From an uncultured Planctomycetia bacterium (GTDB lineage Bacteria > Omnitrophota > Gorgyraeia > 2-02-FULL-51-18), in assembly GCA_964606485.1 (NCBI GenBank), contig CAZSGP010000003.1, forward strand, positions 66,481-130,480: a stretch of DNA of 64,000 nucleotides, read 5' to 3'. The notes beneath the pieces are model-generated. The model saw only the letters and a program-made list of their open reading frames with translations. It ran no database searches and was not told where the DNA came from. Made by a program: the position numbers and the translations under genes. Shown here piece by piece: positions 21,524 to 33,332 of this stretch (position 1 is the stretch's first letter; each line of letters starts with the position of its first letter).

Positions 21524-22045
21524 GTGTCTTTGATGGAAGATTCTAAAGGGACAGCCCCTGAAAACGAGGCTGTCCCTTTAAAAATTAAAAGTGACGCTCT
21601 AAGGCTCCTAAGTTTCAGAGCCCGGAGCGTTGACGAATTGCGCAAGCGCCTGAGGCTTAAAAAGCATCCGGCGGATTTGATCGAGAAAGAAATCGAGACT
21701 TTAAAAAGCCAAGGTTTTTTAGACGACGAGAAATTCGCTAAGATTTACACCGCTGCCAAAACGTTTACGAATCCGGCGGGGCGGCGACGGCTTGAGATCG
21801 AGCTGAAGGCCAAAGGCGTGGCTGGTTCGACAATTCAAAAGACGCTCAGCGAATTTTCGGACGAAGATGAGCAAAAAATTGCGTTTGATCTTGCGCGCGG
21901 ACGCTTTGACCGCATGAAAGACTTACCGGACCAGAAAAAGAAGGCGCGGATTTACGGGTTTCTCAAGCGCAAGGGGTTTGGGGACGGAATTGTTTATAAA
22001 GTTTTGAGCGATTTGTTAAAAGGAAACGTAGAAATTGACGACTGA
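21524..22045 (+). CDS. recX: RecA regulator RecX
   Basis: A helical-repeat protein, ALRLLSFRARSVDELRKRLRLKKHPADLIEKEIETLKSQGFLDDEKFA, located immediately 3' of recA. Confidence 0.8.
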   Translation: MSLMEDSKGTAPENEAVPLKIKSDALRLLSFRARSVDELRKRLRLKKHPADLIEKEIETLKSQGFLDDEKFAKIYTAAKTFTNPAGRRRLEIELKAKGVAGSTIQKTLSEFSDEDEQKIAFDLARGRFDRMKDLPDQKKKARIYGFLKRKGFGDGIVYKVLSDLLKGNVEIDD

Positions 22046-24596
22046 CGAACTTCGCAAACGGTATCTTGATTATTTTAAGTCGAAACAGCACAAGGCGTTC
22101 TCGAGCGACTCCTTGGTGCCGGCTGACGACCCGTCTCTATTATTTACGGGTGCAGGCATGAATCAGTTTAAACAATATTTTCTAGGCACCAAAAAAGATG
22201 TGAAGCGCGCCACGAGTTGCCAGAAATGTTTGCGCACCGCCGATCTTGACCGTGTCGGGAAAACCGCCTACCACCACAGTTTTTTTGAAATGCTCGGTAA
22301 TTTTTCATTCGGAGATTATTTTAAAGAAGAAGCGATTCAGTACGGCTGGGAATTTGTCACCAAAGAGCTGGGACTTCCGGTCGACAAGCTCTGGGTGTCC
22401 GTGTATGAGGAAGACGATGAAGCGTTTGAACTCTGGAAGAAAAAAATTGGGATCGCCGAATCTCGAATCGTTCGCATGGACGCGGTGGATAATTTCTGGC
22501 CCTCCAACGCCAAAATCGACGGACCCAACGGCCCTTGTGGCCCATGTTCTGAAATTTATGTCGGAGCCGTTCCTGGAAAAGGCGTTGAGATTTGGAATCT
22601 CGTTTTCACGCAATTTAACCGCCAAAGCGACGGAAGTTTAATTCCTCTGCCGCAAAAAAATATTGATACGGGCATGGGCTTGGAGCGCGCGGCATCGGTG
22701 ATTCAGGGTGTCGAAAGCAATTACGATGCGGATAATTTTAAAAGAATTCGTAAAGGCCTGCAGGGCCTAATGAAGTCGGGTACCGACAAGGCGCATGAAA
22801 ATGCGGCGATGGATCACATTCGCGCGGCGGTGTTTTCAATTGCCGATGGCGCGCTTCCGTCCAACGAAGGCCGCGGCTACGTGGTGCGCAAGCTGATTCG
22901 TCTGGGAAGTGACCATTTTGAAAAGGCGGGGACACCGCTTTCACCGAGAACATTTTACAAGTTGGTTCCGTCCATCATGGACGTGTACGGCGCCGTGTAC
23001 CCCGAGCTTGTGGAGCGCCAAAAAACAATTTACTCCATCATTGAAAATGAGGAAAGAGCCTACGACGAATCCTGCCGCCGCGCCGAGAGCACGCGAAAAG
23101 GCTCTATGACCGACGGCGAGTATGCCTTTATGTTGTACGATACGTTTGGACTGCCCGTCGATAAAGTGAAAGAAAAATTTTTGAAGGAAAATTTGGCGTT
23201 TGATGAATCCAAATTTGAACTCATGCTCAACGAACAGCGCGAGCGTTCGAGAAAATCGAGCAAAATTGCCGGTGAGATTTTCGCCAAGAACGACATGCTG
23301 GTTTTAACTGAAGGTCTAGCACCGACCGTCTTTTTGGGTTATGAAAAAACCGCAAGCTCGGCCAAGCTTCTTAAAATTATTAAGGATAAAACAGCGATCA
23401 GCTCTTTAAATGCCGGAGAGGAAGCTGTTTTGATTTTCGACCAGACCCCTTTTTACGCCGAGTCTGGTGGACAAATGGGCGATTCGGGAACCGCCGAGTC
23501 CGGTGGGCTGAAAGTAGAAATTTTGGACACGCAGTGGAGTGAAAAGATCGCGCTTCATAAAGTGAAGCTTGTTTCAGGAAATTTAAAACCGGGCGAGACG
23601 CTGAATTTAAAAGTCGACGAAGTTCGGCGTGCGGATATTATGAAAAATCATACCGCGACGCATTTGCTGCACGCAGCGCTCCGGAAAGTATTGGGAGATC
23701 ACGTAAAGCAGAGCGGGTCTCTCGTTGCGCCGGATCGTTTGCGTTTTGATTTTACGCATTTTAGTGCGCTGACTCCTGAGATTCAGTCTTCGGTGGAAGC
23801 GCTCGTGAATGAGCAGATCGGGAAGAAGACCACGCTCCAAAAGCGGGTGCTTGGAAAAGAACAGGCCTTAAAAGAAGGGGCCATGGCTTTTTTTGGTGAG
23901 AAATACGGCGATGAAGTGCGAGTCGTGTCGATCGGAGATTTTTCAAAAGAGCTCTGCGGCGGAACGCATTTGAATTCCACCGGAGAGATCGAGCGCTTTA
24001 AAATTATTTCGGAAAGTTCGATTCAAGCGGGTGTGCGCCGCATTGAAGCCGTGACAGGACGCTTTGCGCGTGAAGCCGAAGAACAAAGTAAAAATGAATT
24101 AGCGTCCATTGCCAAAGAATTTTCGACGAGCCCCGATCAGTTATCTGGCTCGCTAAAAAACTTGCGCGAGAAAGTCGGTTCGCTTCAAGCGAGTCTTTTG
24201 TCGCGGGCCGTTTCGAATATGAGAACGGCCTATCAACACCGCTTGGACAAGTCGCCCGAAATTGGCGGCGTAAAACTATTTGTTCAGAAAGAGCCGCTCG
24301 CCTCGGCCGATCTTTTTCAAAAAACTTTTGAGGGCTTAAAACAAAACCCCAATAATATTTTTGCGGGAGTCTGGCAGTGTCAGAGCGAAGACAAGGTTAC
24401 GTTTTTTATCGGCGGTAGCTCGCAGGTCGTCGCCAAAGGTTTTAATGCAGGAAAAATCGTCAAGTCCGTTTCTGCCGTGGTCGAGGGAAATGGCGGCGGA
24501 AGACCGGAGTTTGCGGTGGGCGGAGGAAAAAATTTGTCTAAAATAAACGACGCTATGGAGCTTGGGCGCAAAGAGATTGAGAGCGTACTGCGATGA
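22035..24596 (+). CDS. alaS: alanine--tRNA ligase
   Basis: FTGAGMNQFKQYFLG and HTATHLLHAALRKVLGDHV motifs. It has a TTG start that overlaps the recX end. Confidence 0.95.
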   Translation: MTTDELRKRYLDYFKSKQHKAFSSDSLVPADDPSLLFTGAGMNQFKQYFLGTKKDVKRATSCQKCLRTADLDRVGKTAYHHSFFEMLGNFSFGDYFKEEAIQYGWEFVTKELGLPVDKLWVSVYEEDDEAFELWKKKIGIAESRIVRMDAVDNFWPSNAKIDGPNGPCGPCSEIYVGAVPGKGVEIWNLVFTQFNRQSDGSLIPLPQKNIDTGMGLERAASVIQGVESNYDADNFKRIRKGLQGLMKSGTDKAHENAAMDHIRAAVFSIADGALPSNEGRGYVVRKLIRLGSDHFEKAGTPLSPRTFYKLVPSIMDVYGAVYPELVERQKTIYSIIENEERAYDESCRRAESTRKGSMTDGEYAFMLYDTFGLPVDKVKEKFLKENLAFDESKFELMLNEQRERSRKSSKIAGEIFAKNDMLVLTEGLAPTVFLGYEKTASSAKLLKIIKDKTAISSLNAGEEAVLIFDQTPFYAESGGQMGDSGTAESGGLKVEILDTQWSEKIALHKVKLVSGNLKPGETLNLKVDEVRRADIMKNHTATHLLHAALRKVLGDHVKQSGSLVAPDRLRFDFTHFSALTPEIQSSVEALVNEQIGKKTTLQKRVLGKEQALKEGAMAFFGEKYGDEVRVVSIGDFSKELCGGTHLNSTGEIERFKIISESSIQAGVRRIEAVTGRFAREAEEQSKNELASIAKEFSTSPDQLSGSLKNLREKVGSLQASLLSRAVSNMRTAYQHRLDKSPEIGGVKLFVQKEPLASADLFQKTFEGLKQNPNNIFAGVWQCQSEDKVTFFIGGSSQVVAKGFNAGKIVKSVSAVVEGNGGGRPEFAVGGGKNLSKINDAMELGRKEIESVLR

Positions 24597-25822
24597 AAGT
24601 CATTAAGTCCTCCAGCCAGCAGTTCCTCAAACTTTTTAACCGCTTCTCTCGCCGTGACCGTCGTGTAGAAGAAAAAGTTCGGCGTATTTTAGACGATATT
24701 AAAGTGCACGGGGACGACGCGGTGCTTCGTTACACCCGTAAATTTGACCACGTGAAGTTGACGCCGAAGGAGCTACGGGTTTCCGAGGGAGAGATTAGCG
24801 GCGCTTATCAGAACATTGGGCCTGATTTTGTTTCGTCGCTCAAAGTGGCCATTGAAAACGTAAATCATTTTTATAAACGACCGACTAAGAAACCCTGGAA
24901 GACAGTCAAGGAAGACGGCGTGATTCTGGGCGAGAAAATACGTCCGCTCGAATCGGTGGGAATTTATATTCCCGCAGGAACAGCACCGCTCCCATCGACG
25001 GTTTATATGACAGTGCTTCCGGCAAAACTGGCGGGAGTCGAAAAGATTTATCTCATGACGCCGCCAAATAAATATAAGTCGGTCGATCCGCATATTTTGG
25101 TGGTGGCCAATCTTTTGAAAGTGGACGCGGTTTTTAAAGTGGGCGGCGCGCAAGCGATCGGCGCTTTGGCTTTTGGAACCAAAACAATTCCGAAAGTGGA
25201 TAAAATCATCGGCCCCGGCAATGCCTACGTGGCCGAAGCCAAACGTCAGGTATTTGGTTTTTGCGATATTGATATGGTTGCCGGTCCTTCGGAAGTAGTG
25301 GTGGTCGCCAATGATCATTCAGACCCCGATTTTGTAGCTGCCGATTTAATGGCTCAAAGCGAACATCATCAAGGGACGGCCATTCTCGTGACCACGTCGA
25401 AGCGCTTGGCAAAAATTATTAAAAAAGTTCCAGCGCGTGGATACATCATCGTGGTGAAAAATTTAAAGCAGGCAGTCGACGTGGTGAATCAGATCGCTCC
25501 CGAACATTTGCAGATCATGGTCAAAAGCCCCCAGCGTATTATTAAAGACGTGAAGCATGCGGGCGCTATTTTTGTGGGTCAATACACGCCGACCGCGGTG
25601 GGGGATTATATTGCGGGTCCGAGTCACGTGCTTCCGACCAATGGAACGGCGCGCTTTTTTTCGGGGATTGGAACTGGCGATTTCATGAAATCCTCGCATG
25701 TGATTTCTTACACGCGCAAAGCGCTCGAAAAAGTCAGAGCACCGCTGGAACATATTGGAACTTTGGAAGGTTTAACCAAACACGTTGAGTCCGTTAAAAT
25801 AAGGTTTGAGAAAAATAAATGA
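24593..25822 (+). CDS. hisD: histidinol dehydrogenase
   Basis: AQSEHHQGTAILVT and GPSHVLPT motifs. An ATGA stop/start overlap joins it to alaS. Confidence 0.95.
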   Translation: MKVIKSSSQQFLKLFNRFSRRDRRVEEKVRRILDDIKVHGDDAVLRYTRKFDHVKLTPKELRVSEGEISGAYQNIGPDFVSSLKVAIENVNHFYKRPTKKPWKTVKEDGVILGEKIRPLESVGIYIPAGTAPLPSTVYMTVLPAKLAGVEKIYLMTPPNKYKSVDPHILVVANLLKVDAVFKVGGAQAIGALAFGTKTIPKVDKIIGPGNAYVAEAKRQVFGFCDIDMVAGPSEVVVVANDHSDPDFVAADLMAQSEHHQGTAILVTTSKRLAKIIKKVPARGYIIVVKNLKQAVDVVNQIAPEHLQIMVKSPQRIIKDVKHAGAIFVGQYTPTAVGDYIAGPSHVLPTNGTARFFSGIGTGDFMKSSHVISYTRKALEKVRAPLEHIGTLEGLTKHVESVKIRFEKNK

Positions 25823-26448
25823 GCAAACGCATCGGAAAATTTGAAAGAAAGACCAAAGAAACGCAGATTTCAGCCGTTGTGAACATTGACGGCTCAGGCC
25901 GAGCGACGGCTAAAACGGGCATCCCATTTTTAGATCACATGCTTGAAGCGCTGGCCAAGCACGGCTTGTTTGACATTATTTTGAAAGCTAAGGGCGATCT
26001 GCATATCGACAATCACCACACCAATGAAGATGTGGGAATCGTGCTGGGGGAAACTTTTAAAGCGGCACTCGGAGATAAAAAGGGGATTCGTCGGTTTGGG
26101 GATTTTCGTGCGCCTCTCGACGAGGCGCTCTGCGGTGTGCGTGTCAGTCTCGACTTGAGCGGTCGTGGGTCGTGTCATTTTCACACAAACAAAAAAACCC
26201 AGTGGATTGATCATCCCGCTTTGCGCGCCAAAAAAAATGACAAAGGTTACACGCTGGCCGATGCCAAGCATTTTTTCGAATCCTTTTCAGCCAACTTAGG
26301 ATGCACGCTTCACTTGGATTTTATTTCAGGGGAACAGCCCCATCACGTGATTGAGGCGGCGTTTAAGTCTTTTGCAAAAGCGCTCGACGCCGCGACGACA
26401 TTTGACCCTCGCGTGAAAAGCGTCCCCTCCACAAAAGGGAAGCTGTGA
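25819..26448 (+). CDS. hisB: imidazoleglycerol-phosphate dehydratase
   Basis: DLHIDNHHTNEDVGIVLG. A 4-nt overlap joins it to hisD. Confidence 0.9.
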   Translation: MSKRIGKFERKTKETQISAVVNIDGSGRATAKTGIPFLDHMLEALAKHGLFDIILKAKGDLHIDNHHTNEDVGIVLGETFKAALGDKKGIRRFGDFRAPLDEALCGVRVSLDLSGRGSCHFHTNKKTQWIDHPALRAKKNDKGYTLADAKHFFESFSANLGCTLHLDFISGEQPHHVIEAAFKSFAKALDAATTFDPRVKSVPSTKGKL

Positions 26449-27059
26449 AAATAGTCATTGTCGATTACGGCATGGGCAATTTAAGAAGCGTCGAGAAGGC
26501 CTTCGAGAAAAACGGAGCAAAGCCCGTTGTTAGTTCCAAACCCTCCGATATTCTTTCCGCCGATAAAATTGTGCTGCCCGGCGTTGGAGCTTTTACGAGC
26601 GCCGTGCTGGAGCTTAAGAAGCGCAAGCTAATCAACCCCATCTTAAAACAAATAGATCGCGGCACGCCGTATCTCGGTCTTTGCCTCGGGCTCCAACTCT
26701 TATTTGAAACGAGCGAAGAAAATGTCGGCAAAAAAATGGTGAAGGGTTTTGGGGTTCTAAAAGGAACTGTGAAGCGCTTCGGCACTTCTTTAAAAGTTCC
26801 GCAAATGGGTTGGAACCAAATTAAAATTCTTCAAAAAAATTGCCAGCTTCTTAAAGGAATTTCCACAGGGGAATATTTTTATTTTGTGCATTCGTACTAC
26901 GCGGCCCCCAAAGATAAGTCCGTGGTTCTTGCAACCACGCAGTACGGCACCGACTATTGCTCGGCCGTGTGGAAAAATAATATCTACGCGACTCAGTTTC
27001 ATCCTGAAAAAAGTCAGGGCAAGGGACTTCAGGTTATCGGGAATTTCATCAAATTATGA
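26445..27059 (+). CDS. hisH: imidazole glycerol phosphate synthase, glutamine amidotransferase subunit
   Basis: MKIVIVDYGMGNLRSV...GLCLGLQLLF...FHPEKS. Confidence 0.9.
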   Translation: MKIVIVDYGMGNLRSVEKAFEKNGAKPVVSSKPSDILSADKIVLPGVGAFTSAVLELKKRKLINPILKQIDRGTPYLGLCLGLQLLFETSEENVGKKMVKGFGVLKGTVKRFGTSLKVPQMGWNQIKILQKNCQLLKGISTGEYFYFVHSYYAAPKDKSVVLATTQYGTDYCSAVWKNNIYATQFHPEKSQGKGLQVIGNFIKL

Positions 27060-27787
27060 TCCCCATTCCGGCAATTGATTTAAAAGGCGGTAGAGTCGTC
27101 CGACTTTCTCAGGGCGACTTTAATAAAGAAAAAATTTATACCGATAACGCCGGTGCAGTGGCGAAAGCTTTTGAGCAAGACGGAGCCAAGCGCATTCACA
27201 TCGTGGATCTGGATGGGGCGTTAAAAGGCGAGCCGCAGAATCGTGGACCGCTCGAGCAGATTTTGTCTTCGGTGAAGGTGCCGGTCGAACTCGGTGGTGG
27301 CATTCGCAGTTTAAAAATTGCTGAGAGCTACATTTCCATGGGCGTTTCGTGGGTGGTGCTCGGAACCAAGGCGTGTCTGGATCACGGCTTTCTTAAAGAG
27401 GCGATCGCAGAATTTGGTCCCAAGGTAATCGTGGGAATTGATGCGCTAAACGGTCTTGTGGCGACTGATGGATGGACCAAAGTGACCCAGAATAACGCTT
27501 TGGCTCTGGCTAAACTCGCCGAAGATTTTGGCGCAAAAACCATTATCTATACGGACATTTCTAAAGACGGTGTGCTTGGCGGGCCCAATTTAAACGAGAT
27601 TGAAAAAATGGCGGATGGCCTCAAGCTGGATGTCATTGCTTCGGGCGGCGTGTCCGAACTGGGCGACCTTAAACGGATTTCAGGTCTTAAAAGAAAGAAT
27701 ATTATCGGTGCGATCATCGGCAAGGCACTTTATGAAAATAAATTCAATTTAAAACAGGCGGTGGACACGTGCTTGCAAAGCGCATAA
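27056..27787 (+). CDS. hisA: ProFAR isomerase (1-(5-phosphoribosyl)-5-[(5-phosphoribosylamino)methylideneamino]imidazole-4-carboxamide isomerase)
   Basis: [17 protein letters not shown]...IASGGVSEL. Confidence 0.9.
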   Translation: MIPIPAIDLKGGRVVRLSQGDFNKEKIYTDNAGAVAKAFEQDGAKRIHIVDLDGALKGEPQNRGPLEQILSSVKVPVELGGGIRSLKIAESYISMGVSWVVLGTKACLDHGFLKEAIAEFGPKVIVGIDALNGLVATDGWTKVTQNNALALAKLAEDFGAKTIIYTDISKDGVLGGPNLNEIEKMADGLKLDVIASGGVSELGDLKRISGLKRKNIIGAIIGKALYENKFNLKQAVDTCLQSA

Positions 27788-28530
27788 TCCCGTGCCTGGA
27801 CGTGAAAGACGGCCGCGTGGTCAAAGGAACGAAGTTTTTGGAATTACGCGACGCCGGTGACCCAGTCGAATGCGCGGCTCATTACGACAAAGACGGGGCA
27901 GACGAGCTTGTTTTTTTAGACATTACCGCCTCGCATGAAAAACGCGGTACACTTTTAGACGTGGTGCGTCGCACCGCAGAGACGGTTTTTATGCCGCTGA
28001 CCGTGGGCGGCGGGGTGAATTCCATCGAGGATATTCGCACGCTTTTAAATGCCGGAGCGGACAAGGTTTCAATTAATACGGCGGCGGTTCGGAATCCGAA
28101 TTTTATCAAGGAAGCGTCGAAGCGATTTGGATCGCAGTGCATCGTGGTGGCAATTGATGCGAGACGACGGGGAGCCAAAAAAAGTTGGGGAGTTTTTACC
28201 CACGGTGGTCGAACCGATGCAGGCTTAGACGCCGTCGCATGGGCCAAAAAAGTTGAAAAGTTGGGCGCAGGCGAAATTTTACTCACGAGCATGGACTGCG
28301 ACGGCACTAAGGGCGGTTATGACTTGGAGCTTACCCGAAAAATATCGGAGTCCGTGCGGATTCCGGTGATCGCCTCGGGCGGTGTTGGAAATTTAGATCA
28401 TTTGCTTGAAGGATTGACGAAGGGAAAGGCCGATGCGGTGCTTGCCGCTAGTATTTTTCATTTTAAGGAATATAGTATTCAGGAAGCTAAACGGTACCTC
28501 TCTAAAAAAGGAGTAGTAGTCAGAAAATGA
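27769..28530 (+). CDS. hisF: imidazole glycerol phosphate synthase cyclase subunit
   Basis: [15 protein letters not shown]...PVIASGGVG. Confidence 0.95.
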   Translation: MLAKRIIPCLDVKDGRVVKGTKFLELRDAGDPVECAAHYDKDGADELVFLDITASHEKRGTLLDVVRRTAETVFMPLTVGGGVNSIEDIRTLLNAGADKVSINTAAVRNPNFIKEASKRFGSQCIVVAIDARRRGAKKSWGVFTHGGRTDAGLDAVAWAKKVEKLGAGEILLTSMDCDGTKGGYDLELTRKISESVRIPVIASGGVGNLDHLLEGLTKGKADAVLAASIFHFKEYSIQEAKRYLSKKGVVVRK

Positions 28531-28925
28531 ACGAAACTAATTTTAAGGCAATGTTGGCAACGCTCAAATTTGATTCGCAAGGCTTGATCCCGGCGATTAT
28601 TCAGGATCAAAAGTCCGGAAAAGTTTTGACGCTGTGCTACATGAATGAGATTGCGCTTCAAGCGACGCTCGAAAAAGGTTTTATTTATTTATTCCGCAGA
28701 TCTCAAAATAAACTCATGATGAAAGGCGAAACCTCCGGGCACACGCAAGCCGTCAAAGAATTTCGCGTCGACTGCGAAGGAAAGTCGCTTCTTTTTATTA
28801 TTGAGCAGAAGGTGGCCGGATGCCACAAGGGGTACTTGAGCTGTTATTTTGAGCGCATCGCGTCTCAAGACGGCACGCGAAAAATTACGGACGAATTGGT
28901 GTTTGACCCTAAAAAAGTGTATTGA
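28527..28925 (+). CDS. hisI: phosphoribosyl-AMP cyclohydrolase (monofunctional, no HisE domain)
   Basis: [27 protein letters not shown]...GETSGHTQ. At 132 aa it has no PRA-PH domain. Confidence 0.85.
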   Translation: MNETNFKAMLATLKFDSQGLIPAIIQDQKSGKVLTLCYMNEIALQATLEKGFIYLFRRSQNKLMMKGETSGHTQAVKEFRVDCEGKSLLFIIEQKVAGCHKGYLSCYFERIASQDGTRKITDELVFDPKKVY

Positions 28926-30430
28926 TGGAAAATTACACCCCGAATAAGGCCCAGTTCCTGAAACTGGCCAAAAAAGGCAATCTCATTCCGGTCTACCGCG
29001 AAATTTTAGCGGACCTGGAAACGCCGGTGTCTTGTTTTTTAAAGATCGGCGACAGCCCTTATTCGTATCTTTTGGAATCGGTGGAGCAGGGAAGTGCGAT
29101 TTCGCGGTATTCGTTCATCGCTTCCAACCCTTCACTTGTTTTGAAAAGCCGCGGAAAAACCATTTCGATGGTGCGTCCCGGAAAAAGCGAGGAGTCCTTC
29201 GAAACGAAGTCCGATCCGTTTGCGGAACTCGAAAAAATTCTTAAAAAATACAAATACGTTAACATTGAGGGTCTTCCGCCGTTCTCAGGCGGAGCGGTCG
29301 GCTACATTGGCTACGACATGATCCGGTTTATTGAGAATATCCCCAACAAAAATAAAGATGGTTTGAATATTCCAGATTCTTTTTTTATGTTCACCGATAC
29401 GATTTATATTTTTGATCACTTTAATAAAAAGATCAAAGTGTTGTCCAATGTTTGCTTGGATGATTTCAAATCTCCGGAATTAGCCTACGATCAAGCCATT
29501 CAAAAAATTGAAGCGGGGATTAAAAAATTACGCTCTACCGCCATTCCAGAGCCTCACCGGCCGTCCAAAAATCCAAAGCCCCTTAAAATGGAGTCTAATT
29601 TCACCAAGCCCGCGTTTGAAAAGGCGGTCAAGGTTGCTAAGGAACACATCACGGCAGGCGATATCTTCCAGGTGGTGTTGTCTCAGCGTTTCAAGCTTCC
29701 CATTCGCTGTGGCGCTTTTGATATTTACCGCGCGCTTCGCTCGATCAATCCTTCGCCTTACATGTTTTACTTAAACTGCCATGATTTTGGCGACACCTTT
29801 CAACTCGTGGGCTCGTCACCCGAGGTTCACGTGCGCTGTGAAAGTCGCAAGGCTTCATTAAGACCTATCGCGGGAACGCGGCCGCGGGGTAAAAATTTAG
29901 CCGCAGACAAGCGCTTGGAAAAAGATTTATTGGCCGATCCCAAAGAAAAAGCAGAGCATCTCATGCTCGTGGATCTGGGTCGAAACGATTTGGGCCGCGT
30001 TTGTGATTATTCGACAGTAAAAGTCCCTGAGTTTATGACGATTGAGCGCTATTCTCACGTGATGCACATTGTGAGCCTCGTCGAGGGCGAACTTCAAAAA
30101 GACAAAACCGTTTTTGATTTACTGCGTGCGACGTTTCCGGCGGGAACAATTTCGGGCGCGCCCAAAGTGCGGGCCATGGAAATTATTGATGCGCTTGAAA
30201 GTCAAAAGCGCTCTTTTTACTCGGGTGTCGTAGGGTATTTTAGTTACTCGGGAAATTTGGATTCTTGCATCACCATTCGGACAGCACTCGTCAAAGACGG
30301 CGCAGTTTACGCGCAAGCGGGTGCCGGAATTGTGACAGATTCGAAGCCCGCTAAAGAATACGAAGAAACGTTGAATAAAGCTAAGGGCATTTTTAAGGCT
30401 GTGGAAATGGCCGAAAGCGGGGCGCTCTAA
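28922..30430 (+). CDS. trpE: anthranilate synthase component I
   Basis: A chorismate-binding C-terminal half: [14 protein letters not shown]...[11 protein letters not shown]...FYSGVVGYF. Confidence 0.9.
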   Translation: MMENYTPNKAQFLKLAKKGNLIPVYREILADLETPVSCFLKIGDSPYSYLLESVEQGSAISRYSFIASNPSLVLKSRGKTISMVRPGKSEESFETKSDPFAELEKILKKYKYVNIEGLPPFSGGAVGYIGYDMIRFIENIPNKNKDGLNIPDSFFMFTDTIYIFDHFNKKIKVLSNVCLDDFKSPELAYDQAIQKIEAGIKKLRSTAIPEPHRPSKNPKPLKMESNFTKPAFEKAVKVAKEHITAGDIFQVVLSQRFKLPIRCGAFDIYRALRSINPSPYMFYLNCHDFGDTFQLVGSSPEVHVRCESRKASLRPIAGTRPRGKNLAADKRLEKDLLADPKEKAEHLMLVDLGRNDLGRVCDYSTVKVPEFMTIERYSHVMHIVSLVEGELQKDKTVFDLLRATFPAGTISGAPKVRAMEIIDALESQKRSFYSGVVGYFSYSGNLDSCITIRTALVKDGAVYAQAGAGIVTDSKPAKEYEETLNKAKGIFKAVEMAESGAL

Positions 30431-30999
30431 TGATTTTGATGATCGATAATTATGACTCTTTTACTTACAACCTCGTCCAATACTTGGGCGAGCTTGGCGA
30501 GGAGCTGAAGGTTTATCGCAACGACGCCATCAGCTTAGCGCAAATTCAAAAATTGAAACCGAGTCGAATTGTTATTTCTCCGGGTCCTGGCAGTCCAAAA
30601 GATGCGGGGGTTTCAAAAGACATTATCAAAGAGTTGGGCCCCAAAACTCCGGTGCTGGGCGTTTGCTTGGGACATCAGTGCATTGGAGAGGTGTTCGGGG
30701 GCAAGGTTTCCGGTGCTGGAAGATTAATGCACGGTAAAACCTCTCTGATTTATCACAACGGAAAGGGAATTTTTAAGGGCATTAAAAATCCCTTCACCGC
30801 AACGCGGTATCACTCTCTTTTAGTTCAGCAAACGCATTTTCCCAGAGATCTCGAAATCACTGCCGAAACCAAAGAAAAAGAAATTATGGGACTCCAGCAT
30901 AAGAAATTTCCCATTTACGGAGTCCAGTTTCATCCGGAGTCCATTCTCACCGAGTCGGGCAAAGAAATTCTCAAGAATTTTTTAAATTTAACCCGATGA
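30430..30999 (+). CDS. trpG: anthranilate synthase component II (glutamine amidotransferase)
   Basis: [19 protein letters not shown]...GVCLGHQ...GVQFHPES. A 1-nt overlap (TAATG) joins it to trpE. Confidence 0.9.
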   Translation: MILMIDNYDSFTYNLVQYLGELGEELKVYRNDAISLAQIQKLKPSRIVISPGPGSPKDAGVSKDIIKELGPKTPVLGVCLGHQCIGEVFGGKVSGAGRLMHGKTSLIYHNGKGIFKGIKNPFTATRYHSLLVQQTHFPRDLEITAETKEKEIMGLQHKKFPIYGVQFHPESILTESGKEILKNFLNLTR

Positions 31000-31964
31000 G
31001 CGCCTCCGAAGTCACGCGAATGATGCAATCCATCATGGCCGGCCGGCTGGATGATGGGGATATTCGGGATTTTTTAATCGACCTGCACAAAGAGGGCGAA
31101 ACCGTCGAAGAGATTACAGCGGCGGCTCTCGTGATGCGCGAGCACGCTCTCCGATTTCCCGTTGCGTTTGAAGGGATCGTGGACACTTGCGGAACTGGCG
31201 GGGACGCTAAAAACACGCTAAATGTTTCGACGATCAGCGCCATTGTCGCCGCAAGCGCCGGAGCGGTCGTTGCTAAGCACGGCAACCGCTCTATTTCCAG
31301 TAGCTGTGGCAGTGCCGATCTCCTGGAAATGCTGGGAATTAAAATTGATTTGAGCATTGAAGCGTTGGTGAAGCTGATTCGAACAACGGGGTTTGGATTC
31401 TTTTTTGCACCTAATTTTCATCCGGCCACGAGGCACGCCATGGCTGCCCGCAAAAGCATTCAAGGCAAAACTATTTTCAATCTGCTGGGACCGCTCACGA
31501 ATCCGGCCGGGGCTAAATTCCAAGTGATAGGCGTTTATGACGTGGAATGGGTGGAGCCAATGGCTCAGGTCTTGAAAGCGTTAGGTTCTGAGCGGGCTTT
31601 GGTGGTCTGCGGAACGGACGGGATGGATGAGATTAGTATCTGCGCGCCAACCCAAGTTGCCGAACTGCAATACGGACGAATCAAAAAATACGAAGTAAAG
31701 CCCGAGGACTTTGGTATAAAGCCTGCGCCGCTTTCATCTTTGCAAGTCGCCACGAAAGAGCAGGCGAAAGAAGCGGCTCTAAAAATTTTCAACGGAAACT
31801 CCGGACCGATGTCGGACATTGTGCTCTTAAACGCAGGAGCTGCGTTGTATGTCAGCGATTTGGCCCCTACGATCAAAGACGGCTTTTCGTTAGCCAGAAT
31901 GAGTGTCCGGCATGGAGCGGCACTTAAAAAATATGACGATATTAGAAAAAATAGTCATTTATAA
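30996..31964 (+). CDS. trpD: anthranilate phosphoribosyltransferase
   Basis: [17 protein letters not shown]...KHGNRS...NLLGPLTNP. Confidence 0.9.
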   Translation: MSASEVTRMMQSIMAGRLDDGDIRDFLIDLHKEGETVEEITAAALVMREHALRFPVAFEGIVDTCGTGGDAKNTLNVSTISAIVAASAGAVVAKHGNRSISSSCGSADLLEMLGIKIDLSIEALVKLIRTTGFGFFFAPNFHPATRHAMAARKSIQGKTIFNLLGPLTNPAGAKFQVIGVYDVEWVEPMAQVLKALGSERALVVCGTDGMDEISICAPTQVAELQYGRIKKYEVKPEDFGIKPAPLSSLQVATKEQAKEAALKIFNGNSGPMSDIVLLNAGAALYVSDLAPTIKDGFSLARMSVRHGAALKKYDDIRKNSHL

Positions 31965-32718
31965 AAAGCAAGAGATTACGGAAAAAAAACGTCACATTTC
32001 TTTAGCAGCTCTCGAGAAATGTTCCACGGTTACGCAAAAGAAGTCCGCCCGTTTTTTAAAAGCCTTACAGAATAAAAAACCAGTTGCGGTCATAGCGGAG
32101 ATTAAGCGCAAATCTCCCTCTAAGGGAATTTTGCGCAAAAATTTTAACCCTGTTGCCATTGCCAAGGAATACGAGCAGGCGGGGGCTTCGGCGTTATCAG
32201 TTCTCACGGATCAAGAGTTTTTCGGTGGGTCCGACACGATTCTCAAAAATGTACGACGAGTGACAAAGCTCCCGATTCTTCGAAAAGACTTCGTGATTGA
32301 TGAGTATCAAATTTATGAAGCTAAGGCCATTGGCGCTGACGCCATTCTCCTGATCGCCGGAATATTAAGTTTAAAAAAACTAAAAAGTTTCTCAAAGCTC
32401 GCCGAGCGGTTAGGGCTCGATTGCTTGTTTGAAATTCATACGGCGGGGGAGCTTCGAAAGACGCTCAAAGTGGGACCTAAGATGCTCGGGATCAATAATC
32501 GTAATCTCAAAACCTTTGAAACCGACATTCGGACCACGGAAACCCTCGCCAAAATGGCTCCCAAGGGGGTTTTTCTCGTCTCAGAAAGTGGCATTCAAAG
32601 GCCTCAAGATTTGTTATACTTAAGAGCTTGCGGTGCTCGGGCGGTGCTGGTGGGAGAGAGTCTCATGCGCCACAAAAGCCCAGGGGCCGCATTAAAGGCT
32701 CTGCTAAACTCAAAATGA
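31933..32718 (+). CDS. trpC: indole-3-glycerol phosphate synthase
   Basis: [15 protein letters not shown]...PVAVIAEIKRKSPSKG...SVLTDQEFF. The track ORF begins at 31903, and I prefer the internal ATG at 31933. Confidence 0.8.
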   Translation: MTILEKIVIYKKQEITEKKRHISLAALEKCSTVTQKKSARFLKALQNKKPVAVIAEIKRKSPSKGILRKNFNPVAIAKEYEQAGASALSVLTDQEFFGGSDTILKNVRRVTKLPILRKDFVIDEYQIYEAKAIGADAILLIAGILSLKKLKSFSKLAERLGLDCLFEIHTAGELRKTLKVGPKMLGINNRNLKTFETDIRTTETLAKMAPKGVFLVSESGIQRPQDLLYLRACGARAVLVGESLMRHKSPGAALKALLNSK

Positions 32719-33332
32719 CAAAAGTTAAAGTAAAAGTTTGCGGCATTACGAATTTAAAAGACGCTCAAGAAGCGATTGACGCGGGTGCTGACGCGCTCGG
32801 GTTTGTATTTGCTAGAAGCCCTCGGAAAATTTCTCCGGCGGACGCGCGTCTTATCACGCGGTCGATTGGTCCGTGGGTTCCGACGGTGGGTGTTTTTGTA
32901 AATGAAAAGCCGGACCGCATTCTCAAACTTTCTCAAAGCTGCGGCTTAAGTGCCGTTCAGTTGCACGGAGATGAACCGGCGAAGAGCCTGAAGAAGCTGG
33001 GCGGCCTAAGAGTGATTAAGGCGTTCCGCGTGGACGAACACTTCAACCAGGATGAGATTGATGATTTTGATGCCGCTGACGCCTATTTGTTTGACACCAA
33101 AGTTGAGACGGGTTTTGGGGGAACGGGGAAGAGTTTCGATTGGAGAATTCTCGATACCGCCAAAATTAAAAAACCGTTTATTATTTCCGGCGGGCTGAAT
33201 CACTCCAATGTCGCGTGGGCCGCGAAATTTTTCTCTCCCTATGGAGTCGATGTTTCCAGCGGTGTTGAAAAAAAACCAGGTCTGAAGGACTTGGAGCTCG
33301 TCAAAAAATTTATCGAAAATGCCAAGCGCTAA
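32715..33332 (+). CDS. trpF: phosphoribosylanthranilate isomerase
   Basis: [32 protein letters not shown]. An ATGA overlap joins it to the trpC stop at 32718, and the 5' part of the track ORF lies inside trpC. Confidence 0.85.
   Translation: MTKVKVKVCGITNLKDAQEAIDAGADALGFVFARSPRKISPADARLITRSIGPWVPTVGVFVNEKPDRILKLSQSCGLSAVQLHGDEPAKSLKKLGGLRVIKAFRVDEHFNQDEIDDFDAADAYLFDTKVETGFGGTGKSFDWRILDTAKIKKPFIISGGLNHSNVAWAAKFFSPYGVDVSSGVEKKPGLKDLELVKKFIENAKR

Noticed and set aside
22246-22641. A 131-aa + strand ORF in an alternative frame inside alaS.
   Set aside because: It is nested out of frame within the well-supported alaS coding region and has no independent signals.
24773-25318. A 181-aa minus ORF antisense to hisD. 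Similar cases are 51167-51697 antisense to cimA and 27882-28307 antisense to hisF.
   Set aside because: These are shadow ORFs opposite well-supported genes.
28850-28930. An expected trp leader peptide or attenuator upstream of trpE.
   Set aside because: trpE starts inside the hisI stop codon region, which leaves no untranslated leader.
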